Positions 38,709 through 46,972 of a stretch of 64,000 bases of DNA are shown here, one piece after another. The stretch lies in the IMG/VR virus record IMGVR_UViG_3300035698_024280; one strand, given 5' to 3'. The notes beneath the pieces were generated by a model. It was given only the letters and a program-made list of their open reading frames with translations. It was not told where the DNA came from and did not search any database. Within the stretch, counting starts at the first letter, position 1. Each line of letters opens with the position of its first letter. Both the position numbers and the translations under genes were made by a program. The DNA comes from a virus.

Positions 38709-38921
38709 TTAATTTTCTGTGACGGGCTGGCTAATTGACTTCATCGCCGTCGAAATTGAATTAACCCAGAAATCAATCTCATTTTCCTCGATACTTTCTG
38801 GACCAATTCTGATTGTTTGCACTCCTACTTTGAGCTTAAGACAATATCTAATTTCACCGTCATCCTCCTTTAGTAGTACTTCAATATCCCAACCTTGCAT
38901 ATTGTAATCCTCACCTTTCAT
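38709..38921 (-). CDS. Hypothetical early protein
   Basis: Start at promoter ATG (MKGEDY). Confidence 0.7.
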   Translation of the reverse strand: MKGEDYNMQGWDIEVLLKEDDGEIRYCLKLKVGVQTIRIGPESIEENEIDFWVNSISTAMKSISQPVTEN

Positions 38922-38967
38922 ACTATAATTATACGGGGGTTCCAAATTGTGTTTAAATCAGAATACA

Positions 38968-39000
38968 AAAAAGGCCCTCTGTTTCCAGAGGGCTTCTTTT
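38968..39000 (-). terminator. Terminator after the 39016 gene
   Basis: AGCCCTCTG-GAAA-CAGAGGGCC then T-run on minus strand. Confidence 0.75.
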
Positions 39001-39015
39001 ATTATTTGATTGCAA

Positions 39016-39357
39016 TTAAGCAACTTTCTCAGAAGCAACGGGTGCAGTAACTTCCACAGAAGCAACGGGTGCAGCAACTTCCACAGTCGCTGCGAGCTTC
39101 GCTTCCAAATCAGCTTTCATTTTCTGAAGCTTCTCGATTGACTTTGCAGCCTTTGCAGAGCCTTTACTCTCCAGCACCAACTCTTCAATCTGTTCGCGAT
39201 CTGCACTTTGAAGCAGGGCATTGAAGAGTTCTTTATCTGTAACTCGTCCACTCTCCTCAGTCTTAATGCTGTCGCGAAGTTCAGAAAAGTCAGCACGATC
39301 GAAGTCGCTTACCATTACTGTTTTGAAACGATTTACTTTGTTGTTTTTATTAGCCAT
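39016..39357 (-). CDS. Candidate ribbon-helix-helix DNA-binding protein, paralog of 43687..43956
   Basis: FKTVMV strand plus two helices; Ala/Lys-rich tail; 27-bp tandem repeat at 39030-39083 encodes VEV(A/T)APVAS twice. Confidence 0.55.
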   Translation of the reverse strand: MANKNNKVNRFKTVMVSDFDRADFSELRDSIKTEESGRVTDKELFNALLQSADREQIEELVLESKGSAKAAKSIEKLQKMKADLEAKLAATVEVAAPVASVEVTAPVASEKVA

Positions 39358-39442
39358 AATATTTGTTTGTTTGTTTGTTTGTTGTTGGTTGTTTGTTATT
39401 CCCTACACTATTATTATATGGTAGTTCCTAAAGTGATTGTTT

Positions 39443-39679
39443 CTATTTGAGCTTATAAACGAATTGATAAGCTCTCGCTCTCTCAACATTCGAAATTTCA
39501 ATAATATCAGCTGACAGTAACGCACGAACCGTTACATCTCTAACTGCTAGACTAGGTCGAAATCCACCATCCTGCCAGGAAGCTGTCCACTTTTTTGTGA
39601 TAAAGTCTCCTTCGAGTTTTGCATATGGCTCTCTGAGAGCTACGGCGATTGCTTTTTGGGCCTTAGTGAGTTTCGTCAT
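39443..39679 (-). CDS. Hypothetical early protein, possibly winged-helix-like
   Basis: KLTKAQ..I...L start; leaderless promoter. Confidence 0.65.
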   Translation of the reverse strand: MTKLTKAQKAIAVALREPYAKLEGDFITKKWTASWQDGGFRPSLAVRDVTVRALLSADIIEISNVERARAYQFVYKLK

Positions 39680-39719
39680 ACTATTATTATATGTTAGTTC
39701 CTAATGCAGCGATATACAA

Positions 39720-40016
39720 TCACCCTTTATTGATTTGAATAATCATCTCCTCAAAAGTCGTCGACTGATACTTCCAGAAATCTTCCGTCTCTTCTTCCAG
39801 AGTGCAAATTATCTGATGACCGGTTCTCTTTGAGTGTAAAATAATTCCGAATACTTCAGGGTCTTCCCAAATTTTAATAGAAGGAGATTCGCCAGGAGCT
39901 AACCCGAACGCTGAAGCAGCAGCAATCCCAGTGACTTTAAAATACTCATCAATATCCCAAGTAAGTTTTGATGCGTCTAATTTCATTTGATTTTGCTTAG
40001 TCGTGTTAGTCATGAT
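39720..40016 (-). CDS. Hypothetical protein (start uncertain)
   Basis: Co-oriented ORF; likely start MTNTTK. Confidence 0.5.
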   Translation of the reverse strand: MMTNTTKQNQMKLDASKLTWDIDEYFKVTGIAAASAFGLAPGESPSIKIWEDPEVFGIILHSKRTGHQIICTLEEETEDFWKYQSTTFEEMIIQINKG

Positions 40017-40210
40017 TATATTTAATAATAAAGTAATTATACCCTCTCTAGAGGTGGGAGATTTCGAACAATCTCCAGCGGTAGTCACACCTTTTATAAT
40101 GCAGTCACGGTAGTTGACGAGCTCTGCGTTCACCTGCTTATTCTGAAAGATTTTCACTTTCTAGCACCCCTAGAGAAGGTATAATTAAACTATACAATAT
40201 ATGTCTGATA

Positions 40211-40444
40211 TTAAATATCGTCGTCGCTATCGACATCAAATTTGACACCCTTGGCTTTATCAACCTCTTCGACGTATGTCCATATCGCCTTCATTTTGAT
40301 CTCTCCCGGGGAATGCTGAATCGCTTCACAAAACTCAACGAGCTCTTCAATAGTATCTCTCTCAATCGACCGCGCATATCCCCCACTGTCTGGCATATTA
40401 ATATAATATACTAATTTTGTATTTCCGTATTGTACCTTCTTCAT
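40211..40444 (-). CDS. Hypothetical early protein
   Basis: Leaderless promoter at its ATG. Confidence 0.7.
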   Translation of the reverse strand: MKKVQYGNTKLVYYINMPDSGGYARSIERDTIEELVEFCEAIQHSPGEIKMKAIWTYVEEVDKAKGVKFDVDSDDDI

Positions 40445-40473
40445 ATTATTATTATATAGGGGTTCGTTTAATA

Positions 40474-40725
40474 TTAGTCTTCAGACAAAATAGTGAAGAA
40501 GTCTTTACCATCAAAGATTGGATAGTCATATGATGAATGGTCCCAATATTTATCTTCAATCTCTCTCCAAGTGATAGATCCCCAAGGCTTCAACGATTCT
40601 TCAATCTCATTAAAATTGTGAGGGCTGATATATGCTAGCGCATTTACGATCAAAAACCACATCACATTCCCAAGAAGTAATACGGTAAAGATCAAATGAT
40701 TTATTGCTGTTTTTACTTTTGACAT
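40474..40725 (-). CDS. Small membrane protein
   Basis: N-terminal TM segment LIFTVLLLGNVMWFLIVNALAYI. Confidence 0.65.
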   Translation of the reverse strand: MSKVKTAINHLIFTVLLLGNVMWFLIVNALAYISPHNFNEIEESLKPWGSITWREIEDKYWDHSSYDYPIFDGKDFFTILSED

Positions 40726-40728
40726 ATT

Positions 40729-40839
40729 CTACTGAGTTAACATCCAAAAAATTACTTTATTTACCAGCCAAGTCGCTCCTAAGATTGCTCCTAAGATTGC
40801 AAAAAAGGCGACGACAATTGTGACACATCCTGACTTCAT
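40729..40839 (-). CDS. 36 aa single-TM mini-protein, missing from ORF track
   Basis: MKSGCVTIVVAFFAILGAILGATWLVNKVIFWMLTQ; own promoter. Confidence 0.65.
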   Translation of the reverse strand: MKSGCVTIVVAFFAILGAILGATWLVNKVIFWMLTQ

Positions 40840-40880
40840 AATATTATTATATTGAGGTTCCTGAAATTATAGACCCCCTA

Positions 40881-41351
40881 TTATAATTTTCTAGTCTCAC
40901 ACTTGTGAGTTACGACGAAGGTAGTAGCTGCTTGAAACTTAGTTCCACAGGAGCAGGTAATCGTCTCATATTGAGTCTCATCTGAATCGTAATTATCTGA
41001 TAGATAGCGACTACTCATAAAGTCGTAATCACAATCTGGGCAATGAAAATCTGCTGCTACCTTGTTACGGTCGCCGTGCTTGCTTGCAAAGTCGACCCTT
41101 GCTGATGCTGCGTATAAGTCTGGAAGCCCATCAGAGAAGATAAAGCACTTACGTTGATAAAGCTGCAGTCTCTCAATCTTTTCAACAAACCACCCAAAAC
41201 CATCGTCGTGATTCTTATAAAAATCCCCATCCTTATCGATAGTATAATAATTCCAGATGGTGTCATTTGCAGACATACTGGATCCAAGACATCCGTTTTT
41301 ATCGAGCTTAACTGCCATGTATTTAGTTTTCTTAAATTGGTCGTCTTTCAT
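40881..41351 (-). CDS. Hypothetical protein with C-terminal Zn ribbon
   Basis: CPDC...CSCG..F; leaderless promoter. Confidence 0.7.
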   Translation of the reverse strand: MKDDQFKKTKYMAVKLDKNGCLGSSMSANDTIWNYYTIDKDGDFYKNHDDGFGWFVEKIERLQLYQRKCFIFSDGLPDLYAASARVDFASKHGDRNKVAADFHCPDCDYDFMSSRYLSDNYDSDETQYETITCSCGTKFQAATTFVVTHKCETRKL

Positions 41352-41423
41352 ACTATAATTATAGCGAGATTCCTAATATACTGTTACGTGTATAAAAAAA
41401 GGCCTCACATTACGAGACCTCAG

Positions 41424-41636
41424 CTAGCAAAGGGCCTCGCCGGCATTATACGCATCGGTGATACTTTCGTGAGTTGAAATTAGATGCGCAATACCTCCCC
41501 CAGTTGGTAACTCCCAAAGCTCAATCGTTGTGCCGGTAACTTTAATATACCACCCATCCTCGATATAAGCCGCCTTTTGGAGAACTGTGAAGCCGTCTCT
41601 TATATGGGCTACAAGTTGTACATTTGTTTCAGTCAT
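41424..41636 (-). CDS. Hypothetical protein
   Basis: Preceded by AGAGTAGAAGACAACACAAACAATTATTATG leader, also seen before 41881. Confidence 0.65.
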   Translation of the reverse strand: MTETNVQLVAHIRDGFTVLQKAAYIEDGWYIKVTGTTIELWELPTGGGIAHLISTHESITDAYNAGEALC

Positions 41637-41662
41637 AATAATTGTTTGTGTTGTCTTCTACT

Positions 41663-41881
41663 CTATAGCCCCTTAACGCCGTTTTCATATCCCACTGCAT
41701 AAGCGTTAGTAATAGCGGCATATATAGGGTCGTCCTTATCTATCATGTATTGCTCGCAGTATTTAATTGCTCGTTTCTGAGCACGGAAGAGATCCTCTGT
41801 GCCATCCTGCTTGACTCTCAATGATGAAATGACCTCTGAGGAGTCGAGGGTCGGGGCTGTTGCTTTGCTGAGATTATCCAT
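41663..41881 (-). CDS. Hypothetical protein
   Basis: Promoter plus A/C-rich leader. Confidence 0.65.
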   Translation of the reverse strand: MDNLSKATAPTLDSSEVISSLRVKQDGTEDLFRAQKRAIKYCEQYMIDKDDPIYAAITNAYAVGYENGVKGL

Positions 41882-41928
41882 AATAATTGTTTTTGTTGTC
41901 TTCTACTCTATTATTATACAGTAGTTCC

Positions 41929-42171
41929 TTAGTACGGCGCTTTGATTTCTTCCGCTACAATATCCCAATCAACATCAATTGGGAGCTGTCGAGCAGCTCG
42001 AATTAGAGATCGAATGGCGCGTGGGTATGCATTGATTGCTGCAGTCTCGTATGAATCAAGATCAGGTTCCGTACCTTCTTCAATATGTTCAGTGAGAGAT
42101 TCGACATTTTGCTGCAGCCCTAATAGGGTATTAGCAAATTGGCAATAGGACATGTTAGGGCTGTTTCTCAT
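41929..42171 (-). CDS. Hypothetical early protein
   Basis: Leaderless promoter at its ATG. Confidence 0.7.
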   Translation of the reverse strand: MRNSPNMSYCQFANTLLGLQQNVESLTEHIEEGTEPDLDSYETAAINAYPRAIRSLIRAARQLPIDVDWDIVAEEIKAPY

Positions 42172-42192
42172 ACTATTATTATAGTGTCGTTC

Positions 42193-42399
42193 CTATTCCT
42201 CAAACTTTAAAACTTCTACAGGAAACTGCCCTACGGGGAGGATCTTATATGATACTGATATACCTGAATATGAATCCCGACCAGACGCCTTAGACTTATC
42301 AACGACAATAGTTGCTTCGATTTGCGTCTCCTCAATGCCAATAATTTCAATACTAAAATTCCACCGTCGGCATTCTTTTCTGGTTATAATATACTGCAT
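42193..42399 (-). CDS. Hypothetical early protein
   Basis: Start at MQYIITRK after TATAAT-6 nt. Confidence 0.6.
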   Translation of the reverse strand: MQYIITRKECRRWNFSIEIIGIEETQIEATIVVDKSKASGRDSYSGISVSYKILPVGQFPVEVLKFEE

Positions 42400-42429
42400 G
42401 TTCTTATTATAAAGAGGTTTGTTAATTGA

Positions 42430-42517
42430 CGGCCCCTGCAGGATTTGAACCTGCATCTCAACATTAAATGTTTTGAAAGCATTTAACCGTCTCGCTCTAC
42501 CGTTGAGCTAAGGGACC
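42430..42517 (-). tRNA. tRNA-like RNA with elongated anticodon arm (loop CTTTCAAAA)
   Basis: Acceptor GGTCCCT/AGGGGCC, D arm GCTC-AACGGTA-GAGC, T arm GCAGG-TTCAAAT-CCTGC; 39 nt between D and T arms. Confidence 0.65.
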
Positions 42518-42576
42518 TAAAGTTTTTGCTATTTAATTTATGGCTCACTCTTATTATAAAGAGGTTTATTAATTGA

Positions 42577-42663
42577 GGGTCCCCGCAGGATTTGGACCTG
42601 CATCTCATGACGATAATGTTGCGAACATTTAACCGACCGGCTCTACCGTTGAGCTAAGGGACC
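42577..42663 (-). tRNA. Second tRNA-like RNA with elongated anticodon arm (loop TTCGCAA)
   Basis: Acceptor GGTCCCT/GGGGACC, same D arm, T loop TCCAAAT; tandem duplicate of the previous unit. Confidence 0.6.
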
Positions 42664-42756
42664 TAAAGTTTTTGCTATTTAATTTATAGCTTGTGAGAGC
42701 ATACTGAGCTTCATTGTCTCCCGCGTTCTCTCTGTGTTGATGGTTGATCTGTAATG

Positions 42757-43053
42757 TCAATCGCCTGCACCTTTGAGAAGGTTGTACGTGCAGTTGACAA
42801 TGTCGTTCTCTCTGTGTTGCATCTTATCGAGACCATTTGCAATAACTCCTGCCGGCATGCCTGTTGCTTCCGCAATCTTCTGGATACCTTCTTCATTATT
42901 CATACCCTCGAAGATATATATGGCGCTATGCGCGATGTCTGCATTCCGCTTTGCGGCCTTCACATCAACGAGCCACCATTTGGCTCGATTGAATGAACGT
43001 CGGATGCGACTGGGGATTGAGCGGGGTGATTGTCTTCTGTCTCTGGTTCTCAT
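42757..43053 (-). CDS. Hypothetical basic protein, possible HTH
   Basis: IQKIAEATGMPAGVIANGL resembles an HTH. Confidence 0.5.
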   Translation of the reverse strand: MRTRDRRQSPRSIPSRIRRSFNRAKWWLVDVKAAKRNADIAHSAIYIFEGMNNEEGIQKIAEATGMPAGVIANGLDKMQHRENDIVNCTYNLLKGAGD

Positions 43054-43056
43054 ATA

Positions 43057-43347
43057 CTAAATTTTACGGGCTTGTTTCTGATTAGCTCTTCTTCTCTGTT
43101 GAGCCATTGATTGCAGAGGCTCCTTAGGGAAGACTGAGACAACCTTTTCGTGAGTCTCTTCGCAGATATCTTTTGCTACTTGCTCATCGCACCCTTTATC
43201 GACAAGCATTCCCCACATTGCGTCGCCGGATAGATCAAAGGGCTTTAGTTCCCCACCCTCTTCTGAATGAATTTCGTTTGCTATAACTATCAAGGCTTCG
43301 CAAATCCAGCGCTCCCACTCACCTCTCGTCTTATCGTTTCCTATCAT
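43057..43347 (-). CDS. Hypothetical early protein
   Basis: Leaderless promoter. Confidence 0.7.
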   Translation of the reverse strand: MIGNDKTRGEWERWICEALIVIANEIHSEEGGELKPFDLSGDAMWGMLVDKGCDEQVAKDICEETHEKVVSVFPKEPLQSMAQQRRRANQKQARKI

Positions 43348-43372
43348 ATTATTATTATATTAAGGTTACCTT

Positions 43373-43621
43373 TTATGAGTAATAAACTTCATTCTCTGCT
43401 GCAACCCGGACCAATTCTGCATGACTCTCACATAGCGACTGGATAAAGGGAGGGCACTGGATCTTATAATCTGGAGTCTTATTCCAATTAAAAATATAAT
43501 CACCGAAGAATTGTGTTACAGTAAAATTACCGATAGTTAAATTTGCGCAGCCGACCCAGGTTTCAAGCTGCGTTGGGTCTGAGCCTTTAATAATTTGTTC
43601 CGTGTAAGATATAATTTGCAT
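43373..43621 (-). CDS. Hypothetical early protein
   Basis: Leaderless promoter. Confidence 0.7.
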   Translation of the reverse strand: MQIISYTEQIIKGSDPTQLETWVGCANLTIGNFTVTQFFGDYIFNWNKTPDYKIQCPPFIQSLCESHAELVRVAAENEVYYS

Positions 43622-43686
43622 ACTATTATTATAAAGGGGTTCGTTTTATTTTAATCTCTCTGAAGCGTTGTCAATCTTGCACAAAC

Positions 43687-43956
43687 TTAGAACTGAGTAC
43701 CGTTCGACTTAAGAAACAGTTCCTTCTCGAGCTTTTGGATCTTCTGACGATTGGCTGCTACCTTACCTGCTTGCTTAGCAGCAAGAACAGTCTTAGCAAT
43801 TACCGTGGTAGCTGCATTAGAAAACATAGCTTCAAAAAGCTCTTTATCAGACACGCGTCCCAGCTCTTCAGTTTTAAGAGAGTCACGAAGCGCTGTGAAC
43901 GCTTTACGGTTATCATCGGTTACCATTACAGTTTTGAATCGGATTGTATTAGACAT
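43687..43956 (-). CDS. Candidate ribbon-helix-helix protein, paralog of 39016..39357
   Basis: RFKTVMV...F..LRDS.KTEE.GRV.DKELF.A. Confidence 0.6.
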   Translation of the reverse strand: MSNTIRFKTVMVTDDNRKAFTALRDSLKTEELGRVSDKELFEAMFSNAATTVIAKTVLAAKQAGKVAANRQKIQKLEKELFLKSNGTQF

Positions 43957-44019
43957 ATTATTTGTTGGATTGTATTTGTTACCTTCTACTCTATTATTAT
44001 ACAATAGTTCCGTTATGCT

Positions 44020-44283
44020 TTATTTGTCTTTAATCTTTTTAGCATAATTTGGAAAGCCCCTTTCAATAGACTCTCGTAAGTTGGGAAAGAGAGTACCTTC
44101 CGGACCGTAATACACCCTGGAAGGATCCTTTTTGGGTAGTTTTTCTGATGGCTTGTCGTGTGGTTTAATATAATCAACTACCCTCGACGGGTGGAGAATT
44201 CTAAATTCGCGAGTGTTGCGCGGGATGTCAGCTTGTACTGAGCTAGCTAGAAGGAGGGCGATAAGAATGTATTGTAGTTTCAT
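44020..44283 (-). CDS. Small protein with signal peptide
   Basis: MKLQYILIALLLASSVQA-D (SPI-like). Confidence 0.65.
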   Translation of the reverse strand: MKLQYILIALLLASSVQADIPRNTREFRILHPSRVVDYIKPHDKPSEKLPKKDPSRVYYGPEGTLFPNLRESIERGFPNYAKKIKDK

Positions 44284-44351
44284 TTGATGTGTTTGAAAGC
44301 GATGATCACGCCACCTAAGGCAGCAATAAGGAGAAGATGTTCAATTTCCAT
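44280..44351 (-). CDS. 23 aa single-TM mini-protein
   Basis: MEIEHLLLIAALGGVIIAFKHIK; own promoter; ATGA overlap with the next gene. Confidence 0.55.
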   Translation of the reverse strand: MEIEHLLLIAALGGVIIAFKHIK

Positions 44352-44389
44352 ACTATTATTATAAGGGGTTTCCTTTAGCTTAGAAGATA

Positions 44390-44426
44390 AAAAAAGCGGT
44401 GAAGAAAATATTATCTTCACCGCTTA
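44390..44426 (-). terminator. Strong terminator hairpin
   Basis: AAGCGGTGAAGA-8 nt-TCTTCACCGCTT with T-run on minus strand. Confidence 0.8.
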
Positions 44427-44460
44427 TAAGCTAGTCAGCGGATTATAGTTAGCTGAGATA

Positions 44461-44480
44461 TAATAGATTGCAATCTATTA
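44461..44480. promoter_or_regulatory. Perfect 20-bp palindrome, operator-like
   Basis: TAATAGATTG-CAATCTATTA. Confidence 0.5.
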
Positions 44481-44532
44481 CCCTGCAGTCTGCACAGTTT
44501 TCCTCTAAATATATCACCCTTTGCTTTCTTTT

Positions 44533-44570
44533 GAAAAAAAGGCTACGGCGATCTGAGATCGCCGTAGCCA
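44533..44570 (-). terminator. Strong terminator hairpin
   Basis: GGCTACGGCGATC-3 nt-GATCGCCGTAGCC followed by T-run on minus strand. Confidence 0.85.
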
Positions 44571-44845
44571 TAAAATCATTCCCTCTGGCCATGCCACGTG
44601 CAACGAGCCCATCTCAAGCGGCGCCTACCGGCAATGCCTTTGATGGGTCCAAAACCATCGTTCTCTTATTTTTCTTATATTGTATAGTCTTAGGATTTAT
44701 AACCATTTTCAGTTAATACTTTAACCTGCTCATCGAATATCTCTCCGAGTATAATTAAGTAGTCCCTCAACATAAATACATATGACCGTCGTCGTTATAT
44801 AATGCGATCGTCACCGCTACAAATTGTTTAATACACCCTCGCCGT

Positions 44846-45199
44846 TTAACCATCGATCCACGCTTCTACTTTCTCTTCGAGAGGGCTAATACCCTCTTCA
44901 AGATTAATATCTACGCTTTCCTCCATAGCCGTTTGCTCCATGATGTAAAAAAGTGTATTTGAATTTTCCATTAATTCTGTCATCGGTGATGAAAGTTGGT
45001 GAGATGTGACTTCCGTGGAAGAAGATGCTCCCCCGATAATAATATAAGCACCGTCTACTTCCGTATCTCTCATCAGAGAGGCTGTTCGATATGATGGTAG
45101 ATTATCTCCTCTCGTAAAATCGATCATCTCAATGAGCTGATCTGCAGTAAATTCACCCTCTCGATCTCTCCCCCATGCCTTAAATTGAATTGCTCTCAT
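44846..45199 (-). CDS. Hypothetical early protein
   Basis: Start MRAIQF at promoter ATG. Confidence 0.7.
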   Translation of the reverse strand: MRAIQFKAWGRDREGEFTADQLIEMIDFTRGDNLPSYRTASLMRDTEVDGAYIIIGGASSSTEVTSHQLSSPMTELMENSNTLFYIMEQTAMEESVDINLEEGISPLEEKVEAWIDG

Positions 45200-45221
45200 A
45201 CTATTATTATATGATCGTTCC

Positions 45222-45422
45222 TTATTCCTCAAAGACCTTGATTGCTCTCTTGATGTCAGAATAACTAACTTCAATTGCAAGATCATGGCCTGTCATCGAA
45301 AGGTTGATGAGAGTCTCCCCTCTGTGATTGTCGGAAGCGCTGATCTTCAGTTCTGATTTAAGTGCTTCCTCATCCCAACCCTCCAAAGAGGAATTAGATT
45401 TAATTGGTATTGATACAATCAT
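45222..45422 (-). CDS. Hypothetical protein
   Basis: TAATG coupling to the RNA ligase. Confidence 0.6.
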   Translation of the reverse strand: MIVSIPIKSNSSLEGWDEEALKSELKISASDNHRGETLINLSMTGHDLAIEVSYSDIKRAIKVFEE

Positions 45423-46039
45423 TATTTAACTTTACTTTTAGGCATATCATCATCCTTGATAGTCTTCTTGAATCCTACCCCCCCAGCAACATGATAAATA
45501 ATAATGCCCTCAGGGTTCATAAACCCAGGAACAGCCGAGCTCCCATTGTATTTAAGCTCTTCTAAAATCTCATCTGGATTTACTTCAGCAAACGGACCAG
45601 TCCAAAGAACTGGTACAATATCGCAACACGGTGGAAGTTCTTCCTGCATCCTGACAATCGTAGGATTTGGCTGGCGAATCTCTTTTGGCTCATCCGCAGC
45701 GTAGTGCCATCTCTCGGTATTGAACAGACTAAATCGACGGTCGAGGAGACCATATGATCGTTGAATCTTTTGCCCCCACCACTCGCCGTAGTGTCGCCCA
45801 GGTCCTAAAGAAGTCTTTAGCTCGTCGCGATGATCTTCGACCCATTGAGCAAAGCCGTAATTATCATTTTCAGGAGTGAGCCATCGTGACCTACTCCCCG
45901 CTAGAACTGAACCATCTTCAGTGATGCACACTTGGCTATTAGTACCATCGATCTTCTCTGTGACAATACAATCCCGTGAAAAGCGGCCCATCTTCGGCCA
46001 CTCCCGAAATTCTTCTGTAATATTAGTTTGTTCTGACAT
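45422..46039 (-). CDS. RNA ligase, Rnl2-like nucleotidyltransferase domain
   Basis: Motif I TEKIDGTN, GSRSR, motif III YGEWWG, F.LFN, motif IV EGIII, motif V FKK. Confidence 0.85.
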   Translation of the reverse strand: MSEQTNITEEFREWPKMGRFSRDCIVTEKIDGTNSQVCITEDGSVLAGSRSRWLTPENDNYGFAQWVEDHRDELKTSLGPGRHYGEWWGQKIQRSYGLLDRRFSLFNTERWHYAADEPKEIRQPNPTIVRMQEELPPCCDIVPVLWTGPFAEVNPDEILEELKYNGSSAVPGFMNPEGIIIYHVAGGVGFKKTIKDDDMPKSKVK

Positions 46040-46060
46040 AATTAAATTATATGGTAGTTC

Positions 46061-46267
46061 CTATTCTTCGTGCCTACCTGTATCTTCCACCCAAAAATAC
46101 CCGCTCTCGTCGTTGTGTTCCCACTCCTCTGTAGCTTCCTCAGAATCCCTTTCATACTTAGTAAAACAAGGATGACAAAACAGCTTGCGACCATCGGTCA
46201 CTGGGCGAAGTTCAACTCCGGTAGCTGTATTACAAGCTAGGCAGATTAACGTATTCGACCTTTTCAT
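46061..46267 (-). CDS. Small Zn-finger protein
   Basis: CLAC...CHPC and acidic tail. Confidence 0.6.
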   Translation of the reverse strand: MKRSNTLICLACNTATGVELRPVTDGRKLFCHPCFTKYERDSEEATEEWEHNDESGYFWVEDTGRHEE

Positions 46268-46269
46268 TT

Positions 46270-46459
46270 ATATTTTACAAGAGTTAGTATTGTAATTGTA
46301 TTATCTAACACGGGGGGAGCTGTCTCTATCTCCGACAGGCTGTCACACCCGTTCCCCTTCCACTACTCATGACAAATTTGAGTGTTCGCCAGTTTCTTAA
46401 AGCATTTCACTCCAAGCCCCGCGTTAGATATTACATTTACTTCTTATTCCCTATACACT
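46270..46459 (-). ncRNA. Candidate structured ncRNA or cis-regulatory leader
   Basis: Own promoter without ATG; TCTAACGCGGGG(CTT)GGAG pairs with CTCCCCCCGTGTTAGA about 95 nt downstream; internal hairpins. Confidence 0.45.
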
Positions 46460-46714
46460 AATTATAACGGGGTTCCTAATAATATCTTTATGATTTCAAT
46501 TTCATAAATTTGCCAGCCACTCCAGGAGATTATTGAATTTCCTTTTAATATAATCTTCATCAGATTCATCCTCCTGATCTATCTCAGGGGGGAGTGGCGG
46601 GGGTTCCTCCATTGCGATGGCACGCCGAATGCGTTTATCAACCTTTCTAATAGCTCTGTCTATAATATTCATATGTGTTTTTTTGTGTTCGTTACAATTT
46701 GTGTATTTGACTCC

Positions 46715-46972
46715 TCAATCTTGATAAATATGTTCACAATAATTATAAACGAGTGCACCAAAACCATCAAAGTAATTAGACTCCCCAAACCTCTTAGGAT
46801 CATCTCTTAGAGCTGCTGCGAATAGATCTATGTCGAGAGGATCAATGTTACTTTGACTCTCCATAGATTCTAACGCATTGCCTTGTGCTTCAATCATGGA
46901 CGACGTAAATATACACAATGCAGCATCAACGCGCTGATTGAACATCAGAGAGAGGTCATTGGATCTTTTCAT
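46715..46972 (-). CDS. Family B paralog
   Basis: F......AL..F...A..P..F...YF......YYE-type pattern. Confidence 0.7.
   Translation of the reverse strand: MKRSNDLSLMFNQRVDAALCIFTSSMIEAQGNALESMESQSNIDPLDIDLFAAALRDDPKRFGESNYFDGFGALVYNYCEHIYQD

Noticed and set aside
42430-42517. Stop-codon recoding or selenocysteine system implied by the UCA loop
   Set aside because: Core genes read intact in code 11 and use TGA and TAG as real stops. The RNA lacks the long acceptor and variable arms of tRNA-Sec.
44433-44716. tmRNA suggested by a short ORF ending ALPVGAA
   Set aside because: No tRNA-like 5' GGGG end, T arm or 3' CCA on either strand.
46304-46428. Cobalamin or c-di-GMP riboswitch (AGGGAA..GGTG..GCTCCCCC)
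   Set aside because: The ACTGT and B12-box motifs and the c-di-GMP GGCAAAC/GAAA elements are missing; kept only as an unassigned RNA.
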